Positions 22,568 through 34,098 of a stretch of 64,000 nucleotides of DNA are shown piece by piece. A program made the translations under genes and the position numbers. The notes under the pieces were generated by a model. That model saw only the letters and a list, made by a program, of their open reading frames with translations, did no database searches and had not been told where the DNA came from. The stretch spans positions 10,044,001 to 10,108,000 of the forward strand of contig CATNEN010000001.1 of the NCBI GenBank assembly GCA_950097015.1, in the 5' to 3' direction. Numbering within the stretch: position 1 is the stretch's first letter; each line of letters opens with the position of its first letter. The DNA comes from Macrostomum hystrix (taxonomy: Eukaryota; Animalia; Platyhelminthes).

Positions 22568-24865
22568 TCATGGCGGCAAGAATCCGGTATAACGAGACAA
22601 GTCCTTATCGGGAAAAATATTATTGACTGAAACACACTGATGCAGAAAATTGCATCCCACTGGAATAGTGCAGGTGTTAGAAGACGGGCGGCAGATAAAC
22701 AAGAAAGTGTTTGCTAAACATAATATATCAGCAGCAATAGGTACATTGGACAGATTAAAAAAGTCTTGTAAATTGCAGACGTCTAAAAAAATTACATCAG
22801 CTAAAATATCTGTACCATTCAGAAAACGAACTACTTTGCAGAAACTACCGTCTTTCAACTGCACAATACATGACCGAGTAGGGGGCAGTTTCGGATAAGT
22901 AGTAGCATAAAAGAGACGATTGTTTTGCGCTATTGCGTAAGCGGATATAAATCGCCAGCAGGCGGAAGGACTGCTCGATAAAATTCTAAACTTAGAAGTG
23001 AGCAGCTCGAAAATGCGGCTGTTAGATTGAGCAGCAGCTCCCTCCTTAAGACAGAAAGTGCAACATTTTTGCAGAATGAGCTTCTCGCATATTTGCTTGA
23101 CATGGAATCGAGTCCCTTGAATATAATTCTTTACCGTCGAAAATTGACTCTCAAATGAGAACATAGAGTATCCTGTTAGAGGACCAAAATTGAGAAGCTG
23201 TTCGGGCAAATGACACAGGAGATGAAAATTAATTGTGTATACATTGGCATCAAATGCAGTTCCTAAAGTTGACATAAAGTGTTGAATTACTTTATCGAGA
23301 AGTGCCAAGTAGTGCTCACAGTCTACAGAATTCGCTACATGACAAACAAGAGAAAAAGAAAGCAAAGCAATGGCGCATGCCTGATTTTTCCTACTGAAGC
23401 AATGGAAAGCAAATATAGGCAATAGATACATTGCAGCGAACATGTAATCCTTGGCTTTCTACGAAGAGCGAAGCTCTAGACAAAATGGTACTGTTACTGA
23501 CTTAGGCACGCTGACTCTTTTAAGAGTATCATTAAAGAAGGGCAGACTTCGCCCAAGGTAGCAACTCAGTTGTCGGTAGGAACCATCAAACATATATTTC
23601 ATTAGAGTGCCACAACAATTTTCATAAAGAAAGTGCAACGAGTCAAGCAAAATATTCTCCGGAATTCGCACGTACTTCCTTAGAACAGAATCACCCTTAA
23701 TACCAAAAAGGCTCTTCTCACCAGAGAGACAGACTAGTTGAACTCGTGATAAATAAACAGCATTCGAAACTGGAGTAGATAAATGAGGCTCAGAATACTT
23801 GCGTGCGGATCCATGGCCGACTTTAACAGTACTACCGGGATTTTCACAGTAAAGGCAACCAAACTCGCCATTAAATTGCTTATGGTTTAGTATGCTAGCC
23901 AAGGCAGGAAGATCAAAAGTAGCCGAAAATATTTTAACACGAAAACGCATAGGCCTGTTTCGAATAGTAAAGCAAAATGTTTTTTCAAAAACTGAAGCCA
24001 GATGGTCTTCTAGAAACGTTTTCCAGTTAGGTTTCTTTGCACCAAGAAAGAGAGCAAAAATTAAGAAGTTTTCTGGCTGAAAACGCAAAAACGGTGGAAG
24101 ATTCAAAATTTGAGCTTGAACAGGCCACAAAGAAGAGGGAGAATTAGAGTACAAGCTACAGCCATCAGTGGAGAGATGCAAAAATATTGTAATAACTTGG
24201 GCAGTATCATAAATTATCGGACAATTTTTGAGTACGTCTGTCTTAATAGCTTTGCTTTGGCTAAAATCAACCATGTACTCAAATAGAGACTCGATGATAA
24301 TTTGAAGCTGGAAGCCTACATCAAAATGTGCAGTATAATTTAAAGGAGCAGCGCAACACCTTTGACTAGCATGAGAAGAACGACGCTGACATGTAGAAAT
24401 GGAACATGTTTCAAGTAGGGAGAAATGGCTGCAAGCCATCACAAGACGATCCATGACTCTTTTCACCATTCTCATGGACAGCGAACAAACAACAAAGTTG
24501 GCAGCGAAGAAAGATTTTAATATTATGTCCATAGTAGCGAGAGGAATGTCCCTATTAACTATCAGGAACACGATAAACACGCACAAAAACTCTTTGCGTG
24601 CTAAGTCTTTCAAACAGTCGATAGAGAGAATAGCGTCGGATTCTAGGCTTCCCTCTTCACCAGGAAAAAGCTCAGCTTCATCCAGTTCATCGCATTGCGT
24701 GTCCAGAACTAGGACGCTCAGATCTGGCTGCTCACTGTGGCGAGCCTCTCCAGAGTTAGAAGCCGTACTAGAGCAGGCGGCCTCAGCAGGTTCCTCATCA
24801 AAGTGCTCCAGCTCGAAATCATCATGAAGGCACATGGATGCAACCGCTTCAAAGAATTCAGCCAT
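22568..24865 (-). pseudogene. CACTA/EnSpm-type transposase with one in-frame TAG (23459-23461)
   Basis: LSTDG...SLWPV...NLPPFLRF, DLPA...FNGEFGCLYC, LDSLH, (W>stop)KAKDY, NFHLLCHL...GPL...FSFES. The two ORFs are in the same frame. Confidence 0.9.
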
Positions 24866-25139
24866 TGAGGGTTGAAGTACTGAAAATGGTGTTTAAAACA
24901 GATTTTACTATTAACAGGTAGAACTGATTTTTTAACAGAGAAAAAAATTTGAGCACAATAAAAATGCACGATAGAAGATTAAATTATTTTGTTATTCTAG
25001 CATCACAAAACCAATAGGTCTTAATATATTTTAAACGGACAAAGAGAAACAAATTAATCAATGTGATTGAGCATACAATGAAAAATGTGCACATGATGAA
25101 TGCCTCCAACGTTTATTGATTATTGAGCTAGTGTCATAC

Positions 25140-25262
25140 AATAACAAATAATGTGAATAACCAAACAAGATCAAATAATGTGAATAACCAAACAAGAGCA
25201 AATAATGTGAATAACCAAACAAAAGCAAATAATGTGAATAACCAAACAAGAATATATAATGT
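25140..25262. repeat. 27-bp tandem repeat (about 4 copies)
   Basis: AATAATGTGAATAACCAAACAAGA(T/G)CA units. Confidence 0.85.
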
Positions 25263-26779
25263 CATCAACAAGACAAGGACAAAAATGCTATTAAATGGTT
25301 ATCTAAGGACACATTTAGCTAGCAATAGTCTAGAGGAAATCGTGGACCTATTCAGCTTGCCCTAGTATCACTCTTGAACTGTGATGACTTGTGGCTTAGT
25401 ATAGTATTAATAATTTTTTCATCATCGCTCACTGCTATTGATATACAATACCAAGCAAAAGTCTGTTCTTTAGAAACATATCAATACACTTAACTGTCAA
25501 AGCTATCACTAGGGCTTGGTATTGTGACGATTAAAACACAAAGGACGAAGTCGAAGTCAGTGCGGCGGCAATTGTAAGTTCGGCAATTCAGAGTTAGTAA
25601 TGTCTGCGATGTAGCGGTAGCACTTTTATTCTGGGTGCACTGGGACGTCGACAAGCAGGGCGTTATGTAAGGCGTAGGAGCTCGTAATGGTGAGTGTTGG
25701 ACACGAACAGAACCGAATGTAGTGGAGTGTAGTGAGAGAATGGCACAGCACGAACACGTAGAAGGGCGAGAGTGAGAAGGTGAGGCGCGAGCGGAACGGA
25801 AAGAATGGCTAGACGGAGGGAAGGAAAGAACGAAAGACAGAAAGAAAGTGAAGCGAAACTAGGCTAACTGAAAAACATAGCGATCGATACTTCCGGCCAA
25901 CCAGAGCTCGCACGCTCATTGGCCGGGGGGGAAATACATTAAGATACGCGTAGGAAATAGCTAGAATGGCGCGATATGCGTTTATGGTTACTGACAGTAG
26001 CGCCCTAATAATTTGGCTTAATAATATAAATTAACAGAATTGGATGATATTATACGATGAGTTAAAACGGCCCAAACTAGTACATAATTAGGAAATTAAG
26101 CATGTAATCAACGCATAGAGTAATATTGCAGGGGTGCCTTCAACAAGTGACAACGTCACACTCGCCTCTCCCAAAAAGAGAAGGAGCAACAGCCGAATGG
26201 CGAGCGACGGTTAAGCACAACGAGCGAGAGAGAGAGAGAGAGAAAATACAGACAGTACACAATGCTAAGGTCAAGGCCGTATCGGGCGCGTGGAACTACC
26301 CGCACAAAGATATGTAATGACATAATTAGTTTATTATAAATTGCTAGACATCATGGAAACTATAAAACAGCGCGGCCGGAGCTGCAGTCCAACTCACAGG
26401 GCCACATTAATGGAGAAGATACATGTTCTGACTACGCGTGGCTGAATATATAACAATATAAAAAGTTGGTTAGAGAATATGACGCAAACTTGATTACGTA
26501 AAAATTACAGAACGCGATTCCAAACCGCAAAAACGCACTGGAGACGGAAGCGAGACAGCGAATGACGCGAAGAAGACAAAGATGCAAAGCGATGAAGCAA
26601 AGAGAGGTGAGGCCAGCATCACGACGGCGTGCGCCCACAAGACGTCGAACTATTCAACGACTTCGACATGGCTTGGCCACTTGATTGCTTTAATTGGTTT
26701 CGGCTAGTTTGGCTTGTGGCTTGTTGTCTTGTGTGCTTGTGACCGACTGTGTGTGGCATGCTGGATGATTGTGACTGAC

Positions 26780-27180
26780 TGTGGTAGTTTACGGTCATTC
26801 CGGACCACGACTGAACACTGGCGGGAGAGCGGACCTGGATGGTCCCGGACCAGAATGGTCCAACAGCGGCGAGACGAAAACGGACCTGGATGGCCCCGGA
26901 CCAGGATGGTCCAACAGCGGCGAGACGGAAACGGACCTGGATGGCCCCGGACCAGGATGGTCCAACAGCAGGCAGGACCAGGGTGGTCCTGCTGAACGAC
27001 AACACACGTGATAGTTTATGGTCATTCCGGACCGCGGCTGACTGGATGTGTTTGCTCGCTGAGAAACGCTCATGGCGCTCCGGCTTTCGAGGGCCGACAC
27101 CGGCAAATGCATAGCAGATGGGGTGTCTCACGCGCACAAATGATTTTGGTAGTTTATGGTCATTCCGGACCACGGCGGAC
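26780..27180. repeat. Two interleaved repeat families in the Gypsy 3' UTR
   Basis: 3x TAGTTTA(C/T)GGTCATTCCGGACC and 3x ~51-bp CGGACCTGGATGG(T/C)CCCGGACCAG...CAACAGC. Confidence 0.85.
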
Positions 27181-27412
27181 TGTGTGTGTTGACTGGTGGC
27201 AATGTTGTTGGCGTGAGTTGTGGTGTGATGTGCGTGAGTTGTGATGTGAGTGTGTGAGTTGTGGTGTGAGTTTGTGAGTTGTGGTGTGAGTTTGTTTGAC
27301 TTTAAAGTACATTACCCAGCAACGCTGGTTTTCCCTTTTTCCCAGGAGACCGTCGGCCTGCTAATGCCGAAGGAGGTAGTTTAATGCCATGCCCAGGGCC
27401 ACAACTGGCCCT

Positions 27413-30400
27413 TCAGTGCTGGCTACCCAGCCACTGAATTAGGTCGGAGACCTGGCAGGAGCGCGGTTTGACTTGGTACCGGCGGTACCTGATTGGTGGG
27501 CGGACTAATCGTCCTGATCTAGTCCTGACTTCAACTGCAGGCACTGGTGGTTCGGACACAGCCGATTCAGAAGTTTCTTCCACCAACTCTTCCTGCTCTG
27601 AGCTAGCACTGGGGCTAGAGGTTGTACTGGGAGTGGTTCCAGTGCTGGTTCCAGTTCCGGACTCTCCCGACGAAGGGGTCGAAGGGAGGGGTTCAGCGAC
27701 AGCACCCGCCTCTCTTTCCGGAAGGCGTGAGGCCGGGGCTACAGGTGTGGTTTGGTGTGGCAGAGTGACTAAATTGAAGTCGGTTGATTTAGAGGTTGAT
27801 TGGCTAGAAGTGGATTCTGATTGGCTGGACGTGATTGAAGAGGAGCCAGCATTGTTGGCTGGTCCGTAGCGATTGACTATATCTTGGTAAGATGGCTGTC
27901 TGATACAGGGCTTGAGCCTGTCTATGTTATAGATGTTGTGCTTCGGGTTTGGGACCCGGTTGGATGGGTGGGTGAGTCCTAATTCAGGCGCTAAGCGATA
28001 AGTGCGTTCTGAGCAGCGCTGGATGACTTTATATGGTCCTAACCACACGGATGGTTCGATTCCCTTGTGGTTTGGGTTGAGCACCCAGACTAGCTCTCCC
28101 TCGTTAAATTCGGTGCGAAGGGCACTTCGGTCGTAATAGCGCTTTTGTCTCTGTTGGGCCTTGCCCCTAATATTGCGGGCTAAGGCTGAGACTTCGACTA
28201 GCGTCTTGTGGAGTTGGTGAGCGAATTGCTCTGGCTGATAGTGATCTCCCTTTGGAGGGTTGTGAATGAGGTCTAACGGTAGGTCGAGTTCATGACCTAG
28301 GAATAACTTGGCAGGTGAGAAGCCAGTTGATTCGGCTACTGTGGCTCTAATCGACATCGCAGCGAGTCGGCCAGCAAGGGGCCAATCACATTGTCTTTCA
28401 AGGCAGATAGCTCGCATTTGAGCCTTGACTGTTTGGATCATACGCTCAGCCTTGCCGTTGGCTTGAGGTCGGCGAGCGGTGATTCGACCCATGTCGATTT
28501 GGAGTAGTCTAGTGAGTTCAGTGAGAGTGCTATTGATGAATGCGGTCCCGTTGTCAGACACCAGTTGTTCCATGGTTCCGTATCGGGCAACCCATTCTGT
28601 CAGGATGGTAGTGGCGGTGGTTTCAGCACCTACGTCTGTGACTGGGGTAACTTCCACGAACCCTGTGAAGCGGTCTACCATAACGAGTAGGTATTTGAAC
28701 CCTTCTCGCTCCTCGAATGGTCCAGCGTGGTCTACGTGGACCACTTGGTTTGGGTAGCCGGACAGTTCAGGCAGCATAGGGGCTTTCAGCTTGCGTTTAG
28801 ACTTCTTTGTCCGTGCGCAGATGGTGCATTCGGCGAGGACGCCCTTGATGATGATGTCTAGATTGGACATGGCGAAACGAGCCTTCAGAGCGGACATCGT
28901 CTTGGTGATTCCGCAATGATTCAGTTGGCGGTGATATTGTAGGACGAGTTGGCTAACGTCTGCAGTTTCCGGAACTACAAGGCGTCTAGCGGCGGTTTTG
29001 GTCTTGGTCTTAGACGGTTTGACAAGGTAAAGGAGGCCTTCCATGACCTCAAGGTCGGTGAGCTGTGTCCATAGCGAGCGAATCTCCCGGCTGCAACCTT
29101 GCAGCTCGGCCTTTGGCAGGGGCGGCGACTTGCCCTGGATGCAGTCGATTAGGCGGTGCAGGTCAATGCACGAGTCCTGAGCATTCTGTGCCCATAGAAC
29201 TTCCGGTGAGACCTCGGGCTTATTGGTTGGAGCGGTCGCGCTGGTGTTACTAGCCGTGGCATGGCTAGACTGTGGAGGAGCGGCAACGTCTGACGGTTCA
29301 ACGGACCGGATAGCGGTTACTGGTGTCGGCAAAGGATTCGGTGTGGTCACCACGATGGTGTCGGTCTGACACGTGGCATCACAACACGTGGTTCCTATGC
29401 TTATGTGGCGCATTTGGACTGCGGGTTTCTTAGGTGCCTTGTGCTTAGGGTTCTTTGACTTGAACTTTTCTTGGAATTCCGGAATCCGACTGCAAGTGGG
29501 GCAATCGGAATGGTCGGGTCGGAACTTCGGCAGTCTACTGAGAGCATCGGCGTTCACATGCTCCGCACCTGGCTGATATTCTACAGTGAAGTCGTATTCA
29601 GCAATCCTTTCTAGCGTGGACTGCTGAACTTTGAGTGGATAGAGTTCGATGGTGGCTAGCCACTGAGCGAGCATGCCTGTGGCATGTTTCTTAGAATGTA
29701 ACCACTTCAACGCGGCTGCGTCGACTCGAACAGTGAATGGTTTGTCTAACAGGTAAGTCCGGAAGTGTTCGAGCATGAGGACTAACCCCAACAGTTCGCG
29801 CATAGTAGCGCAATAGTTCTGTTGGCTGCCACTGAACTTCTTAGAGGCATAGGCTATGACCCTAGTCTGGCCATCTGCGCCTACTTGTGAGAGTACTCCC
29901 CCGGTACCTTCTAGGGAGCTGTCACAGTCAAGGATAAACTCACGGCCCGTAGCCGAAAGGTCAGGGTACGCCAAGATGGGAGGTGCGCAAAGCCTGCGCT
30001 TGAGCTCCTGGAAGGCGCGTTCGTGGTGGGGTAACCATACGAACTCAGCTTCCTTCTTAGACAAGGCGTACAACGGCGTGGCAATGGTGGAGAACCGCGG
30101 CACGAATTTGCGATAATAATTGGCGAATCCCAAGAATGAGAGAAGTTGTTTCTTAGAGACAGGTCTGGGCCAGTTCTGGACGGCTTGAGTCTTAGCAGGG
30201 TCGGCCTCGATGCCCTTGTTCGAGACTACAAATCCTAGGAAGGTTACCTTGTCCTTGAACAATTCGCACTTGGATGGTTTGATTTTGAGGTTGGCCTTAC
30301 GGAGTTGCCAGAGGACTAAGGCCAGGTGGGCGATCATCTGGTCGTTGTTGGCTGCTTTGATAATGATATCATCTAGATAGATGAGGCTAACCTTCATGAG

Positions 30401-30475
30401 GAGAGGCCTGAATACCTTATGCATGAGTTTGGTAAAGTTGGCAGGTGCCGTTTTTATTCCGAATGGTACCACCAT
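27413..30475 (-). CDS. pol: Pol continuation: RT (YLDD), RNase H, integrase; separated from the upstream ORF by a 1-nt frameshift at about 30476
   Basis: VPFGIK, YLDD, LDCDSS...IAYAS, H-H-C-C zinc finger, DHAGPF...SDNG...GKAER, WLGPY. Confidence 0.95.
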   Translation of the reverse strand: MVVPFGIKTAPANFTKLMHKVFRPLLMKVSLIYLDDIIIKAANNDQMIAHLALVLWQLRKANLKIKPSKCELFKDKVTFLGFVVSNKGIEADPAKTQAVQNWPRPVSKKQLLSFLGFANYYRKFVPRFSTIATPLYALSKKEAEFVWLPHHERAFQELKRRLCAPPILAYPDLSATGREFILDCDSSLEGTGGVLSQVGADGQTRVIAYASKKFSGSQQNYCATMRELLGLVLMLEHFRTYLLDKPFTVRVDAAALKWLHSKKHATGMLAQWLATIELYPLKVQQSTLERIAEYDFTVEYQPGAEHVNADALSRLPKFRPDHSDCPTCSRIPEFQEKFKSKNPKHKAPKKPAVQMRHISIGTTCCDATCQTDTIVVTTPNPLPTPVTAIRSVEPSDVAAPPQSSHATASNTSATAPTNKPEVSPEVLWAQNAQDSCIDLHRLIDCIQGKSPPLPKAELQGCSREIRSLWTQLTDLEVMEGLLYLVKPSKTKTKTAARRLVVPETADVSQLVLQYHRQLNHCGITKTMSALKARFAMSNLDIIIKGVLAECTICARTKKSKRKLKAPMLPELSGYPNQVVHVDHAGPFEEREGFKYLLVMVDRFTGFVEVTPVTDVGAETTATTILTEWVARYGTMEQLVSDNGTAFINSTLTELTRLLQIDMGRITARRPQANGKAERMIQTVKAQMRAICLERQCDWPLAGRLAAMSIRATVAESTGFSPAKLFLGHELDLPLDLIHNPPKGDHYQPEQFAHQLHKTLVEVSALARNIRGKAQQRQKRYYDRSALRTEFNEGELVWVLNPNHKGIEPSVWLGPYKVIQRCSERTYRLAPELGLTHPSNRVPNPKHNIYNIDRLKPCIRQPSYQDIVNRYGPANNAGSSSITSSQSESTSSQSTSKSTDFNLVTLPHQTTPVAPASRLPEREAGAVAEPLPSTPSSGESGTGTSTGTTPSTTSSPSASSEQEELVEETSESAVSEPPVPAVEVRTRSGRLVRPPIRYRRYQVKPRSCQVSDLIQWLGSQH

Positions 30476-33236
30476 TCCAACGGAAAGTACCTTGCGGACA
30501 AGAGAAGGCTGTGTAATCCCTGTCTTCCTCCTTGATCCCCACCTGCCAATAGGCGGAGGTTAGGTCTAGACTAGAGAACACAGTGGCCCCAGCCAGGCTA
30601 TCGAAGGATTCCTCGATGAGAGGTAATGGAAAACTACATGGTTTAATTAGTTTATTGACAGCCCTATAGTCTATGCATAGACGTTGAGTCCCGTCCTTTT
30701 TCTTGACGAGGACAATAGGCGAGACCCAATCTGAGTCACATTCTTCCATGACCCCTTGCTCGAGCATTTGTGCTATATGTTGGTCTAGAAACTCCTTTTG
30801 ATTCGGCGTGGTACGCCGCGATGGTTGTGTTATTGGCCTGGCTTTAGGATCGATGAGTTCTATCCCCATCTCATGCATGTGGGTGTGGCCTAGATCATTA
30901 TTGTCTTGTGATATTTGGCTTCGGAAATAGTTAAGCAGGCGCAGTGTTGTAGCTAATTGAGCTGTGGTGAGTTTGGATTTGTCTAGTTGAAACTGATTGG
31001 TCAGCCAGTTCGCCACGTGGGCAGTTGGAGCTGGTAGCTTACTAATTTGCTGAGTTAGGTTGGCTGTGTTATCGATGCTGAAGTCAGACTCTCTTAGTGT
31101 GGTCTGGATTACTACCTCCCGTTGGCTAAGTTCTTGGAAGGAAGCTATCTCTTGGCCCCTTTTGATGTGAATTGGTGTTTCCCCGCAGTTCAGCACCCGT
31201 ACAAGTACATGATCAGTGTCACTGACTGCATCGATGGTTCTGGCTACTAATTGTTCAGATCTGGTATTGAATAGTGTTGGCATAAGCATCCCTTGTGCAT
31301 GCGGTGTTGAATCGAGTACTCGACTTGGCATTAAGGTTTCTGCTCGTGGCGGCAGCTCAATGGAACTGGCTGCTAGCACACGGCGAACTTGGAAGATTTC
31401 TTGATCTCCCTCAATGATTTGCACTGATGTACCGGCTACCGTAACGCAACTTGAACTGAAATCTAACATTACTTGGAAGCTTCGTAGGAAGTCCATGCCC
31501 AGAAGGGCTTCGGCAGTGGCATCGGCCATTACTAGGAATACATGTGTCTTAGATACTTCTCCTAGTTTAATTTCGCAACGCAGTGACCCTAGGATCTCGG
31601 TTGTGGATCCATTGAAAGCTGTAGCCTTTCTGGTGTAAGTACTAGGTACAAATACATTGTTGACTGGATCTGCGGCTACTAATCTATCTTTTACTTTTAC
31701 ACCCATGGCGCTAGCAGTGGCACCTGAGTCTATACAAGCTAGTATTTTAGAATCACTTACTTCCAGTTGCACGAAATAGCTAGACTCAAATTTGTCTGGA
31801 ATGGCATCCCACTGTCTACATTGAGGATCGCCATCCTTCGGTTGGTGTTGTACATTACAAGCCTTATCGTGTTGGCGGCCGGGGTCTACCTGTCTCTGGT
31901 AGCACACCCTAGTTCCCACCAACCGATGCTGATCGGCTAGCTGTCTTAATTCAGGTGAGAGCTGGCTGCCGTGGACGAACAGTTGTTCTGGCAGCTGTTC
32001 GGATTGGATGAACCCAAAGTTTGATGACCACGCAGCTATGGTCCCGATCTCCGTGAGACCTGAGTCACGGATCTGTTTTGAACCTTGGCTCCCTTTATTT
32101 GGATTAGGAGGAATGATTCTAGGCGGCGATGAAGGGCAGTCGGCGACCAAGTGGCCTGTTTGACCGCATCTATGGCATGCCCGAGGAGGGCGAGAGTTGA
32201 TCTGTGGCTGGTAATAAGGACGTTCTCTCTTCGGCGAGAGGTTACGCTGCGGCTGAGGAAGGCGATGCCTTGGTGGTGAGAGATTGTTCTGCGTAGTCTG
32301 ATACATACGTTCTATCTGTTGCACGGGCGGCAACCTAGTCTGGTCAGCTCGTTTAATTTCCTCGGCTTGTAGGTGAACTAATCTTTCTAATTCAGCGACA
32401 CGCTGTTCCATAGCCCTTTTTTCGGCATCTGGTTCAGCGGTGCGAATTCTGGCTATAGTAGATGGCATATTGAGGAGCTGATAGACCCCAACGAGGTCCT
32501 TGGCCTTCTGCATGAGTTCTTCAGCAGAGGCCGCGCTATCTGTCTCCTGATCCCACAAGAGAAGCTTTTCGGCAAGCCCCTTGTCACGTAGGCCATGACA
32601 GAACCGAGCTTTGATCAGGGGTTTCGCTTCGGTGAGCGAGAGACCCGCTAATCTGGTATATGAGACTAGCCTATCGAAGAACTCGGACATAGGTTCCGAA
32701 TGGCTTTGAGAAGCAGCAACCAATTCGACATATGCTTTATCCTTTTGTTTGGCATCCGTGTACCTTTCCCTAAGTACACGAATGGCGGATTCGAATGGCA
32801 ACTGGTCGCAGCGGTAGTTGAGGAAGACTTCCTGACACTCGGGTGCCAGTAGAGAGACTAGGACAGCAGAGCGCTGGTCCTCTGGGACACGGCAGGTGGC
32901 TAGATATGACATGAACTGAGCCTCCCAAGTGTCAAATTTCATCTTGGGATTGAAAGCCGGTGGCGGCCGAAGGCGAATCTCAGGTTGCTTCGGTACAACT
33001 GACGGCGAGGAGTTATCTAGGCCGGAGGCCGCCGGTGAGTGGACAGTAAGACGAGCCTCTATCATCTTATGAAGAGAAGCCAGAGTCTGAGCAAGCAAGA
33101 CGTGCTCACTGACACCGACAGCGCCCTCAGGCTGATCGGTGGACCCTATGGAATTTACTTCGGCAGGGTCGGCATCAATTTCGCCTCCACCGAGTTGTGG
33201 TGGGGCTGGGACCTGATTGTCGCCGTTATCGGACAT
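30417..33236 (-). CDS. gag-pol: Gag (CCHC knuckle), cold-shock domain, aspartic protease, RT N-terminus
   Basis: CHRCGQTGHLVADC; GTIAAWSSNFGFIQ...LFVHGSQL...KACNV; IDSGA; SPIVLVKKKDGTQRLCIDYRAVN, LDLTSAYWQ. Confidence 0.93.
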   Translation of the reverse strand: MSDNGDNQVPAPPQLGGGEIDADPAEVNSIGSTDQPEGAVGVSEHVLLAQTLASLHKMIEARLTVHSPAASGLDNSSPSVVPKQPEIRLRPPPAFNPKMKFDTWEAQFMSYLATCRVPEDQRSAVLVSLLAPECQEVFLNYRCDQLPFESAIRVLRERYTDAKQKDKAYVELVAASQSHSEPMSEFFDRLVSYTRLAGLSLTEAKPLIKARFCHGLRDKGLAEKLLLWDQETDSAASAEELMQKAKDLVGVYQLLNMPSTIARIRTAEPDAEKRAMEQRVAELERLVHLQAEEIKRADQTRLPPVQQIERMYQTTQNNLSPPRHRLPQPQRNLSPKRERPYYQPQINSRPPRACHRCGQTGHLVADCPSSPPRIIPPNPNKGSQGSKQIRDSGLTEIGTIAAWSSNFGFIQSEQLPEQLFVHGSQLSPELRQLADQHRLVGTRVCYQRQVDPGRQHDKACNVQHQPKDGDPQCRQWDAIPDKFESSYFVQLEVSDSKILACIDSGATASAMGVKVKDRLVAADPVNNVFVPSTYTRKATAFNGSTTEILGSLRCEIKLGEVSKTHVFLVMADATAEALLGMDFLRSFQVMLDFSSSCVTVAGTSVQIIEGDQEIFQVRRVLAASSIELPPRAETLMPSRVLDSTPHAQGMLMPTLFNTRSEQLVARTIDAVSDTDHVLVRVLNCGETPIHIKRGQEIASFQELSQREVVIQTTLRESDFSIDNTANLTQQISKLPAPTAHVANWLTNQFQLDKSKLTTAQLATTLRLLNYFRSQISQDNNDLGHTHMHEMGIELIDPKARPITQPSRRTTPNQKEFLDQHIAQMLEQGVMEECDSDWVSPIVLVKKKDGTQRLCIDYRAVNKLIKPCSFPLPLIEESFDSLAGATVFSSLDLTSAYWQVGIKEEDRDYTAFSCPQGTFRWNGGTIRNKNGTCQLYQTHA

Positions 33237-34080
33237 GGCGAGACGGCTACGAAGAGTGCAAGAGCAAGACCAGGCACGAGCGGCCTGCAGTTAGGCAAGT
33301 TGAGCAGAGTGAGCGAAAGAAGATTCCAGCAAAAACGATTTGCCACGTGGCGGAAGTCGATGGCGGGTGGGCAAGGCGAGAAGGCGAGAGAATGAGAGTG
33401 CGTCCTAATACTTAAATGCCTGACTGGGGCACAAAACCACGGCCTAATAGGGAGAGTCCTATCACGCAAACCACCCCAGCTAATCAAGTCAGGCGGTATA
33501 GTCCCTACACAAAAATTTGGCGCACAGCGTAACCTGAACGCGGAGTCAAGCTCAACGCTACTGTTGTCAGCGGGCGACGTACTCGACGCTGGGACCGGAT
33601 CGGCGAGTTCACACCAGGTGCTTCGGTTCCGGTCGGCTTCCTTGACCGGCCACGGGCTCGCGCTCGACTCGCTCGGCACGCTCGGCACGCTCGAATCCGA
33701 GACTGGGCGATCGTCCAGATCGCCGTCACCGCAGGTGCAGCTGCTGATATCACCAGGACCGACGAGCCGGTATCCCCAGGCGAACCGATGGCACAGGCGA
33801 TGAACAATGGACAGACGGTGGCCGCGAATAGTATCAGACAGCCCGGTGTCCTTAAAAGGGCCGTTTCACGACTCGACAAACAGTAGGTAATAGCCGCCAG
33901 GTAGTGGTGATGAGCAATTGATACAGGCGACACGCAATGGCGGATGATAGGCAATAGGCAGGCGATAGACAATAGTACAGATGACAAGCAGTAGACAATA
34001 GGCGATAGGCAATAGTACAGATGACAGCGGTAGATAGGAGATCGCTAACACCGTCGTGCGTCCGGCAGTGCAGAGTTTGT

Positions 34081-34098
34081 GTCTCGGTGGGACCTCCA
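34081..34098 (-). promoter_or_regulatory. Primer-binding site (tRNA-Gln)
   Basis: Plus strand TCTCGGTGGGACCTCCA matches the tRNA-Gln 3' end. Confidence 0.88.

Noticed and set aside
30417-30480. Programmed frameshift between the two Gypsy ORFs
   Set aside because: The break lies inside the conserved RT core and has no slippery heptamer. More likely a 1-nt insertion or a sequencing error.
31848-32177. Host lin-28 gene
   Set aside because: Single knuckle, reversed domain order, and in frame within Gag-Pol between LTRs.
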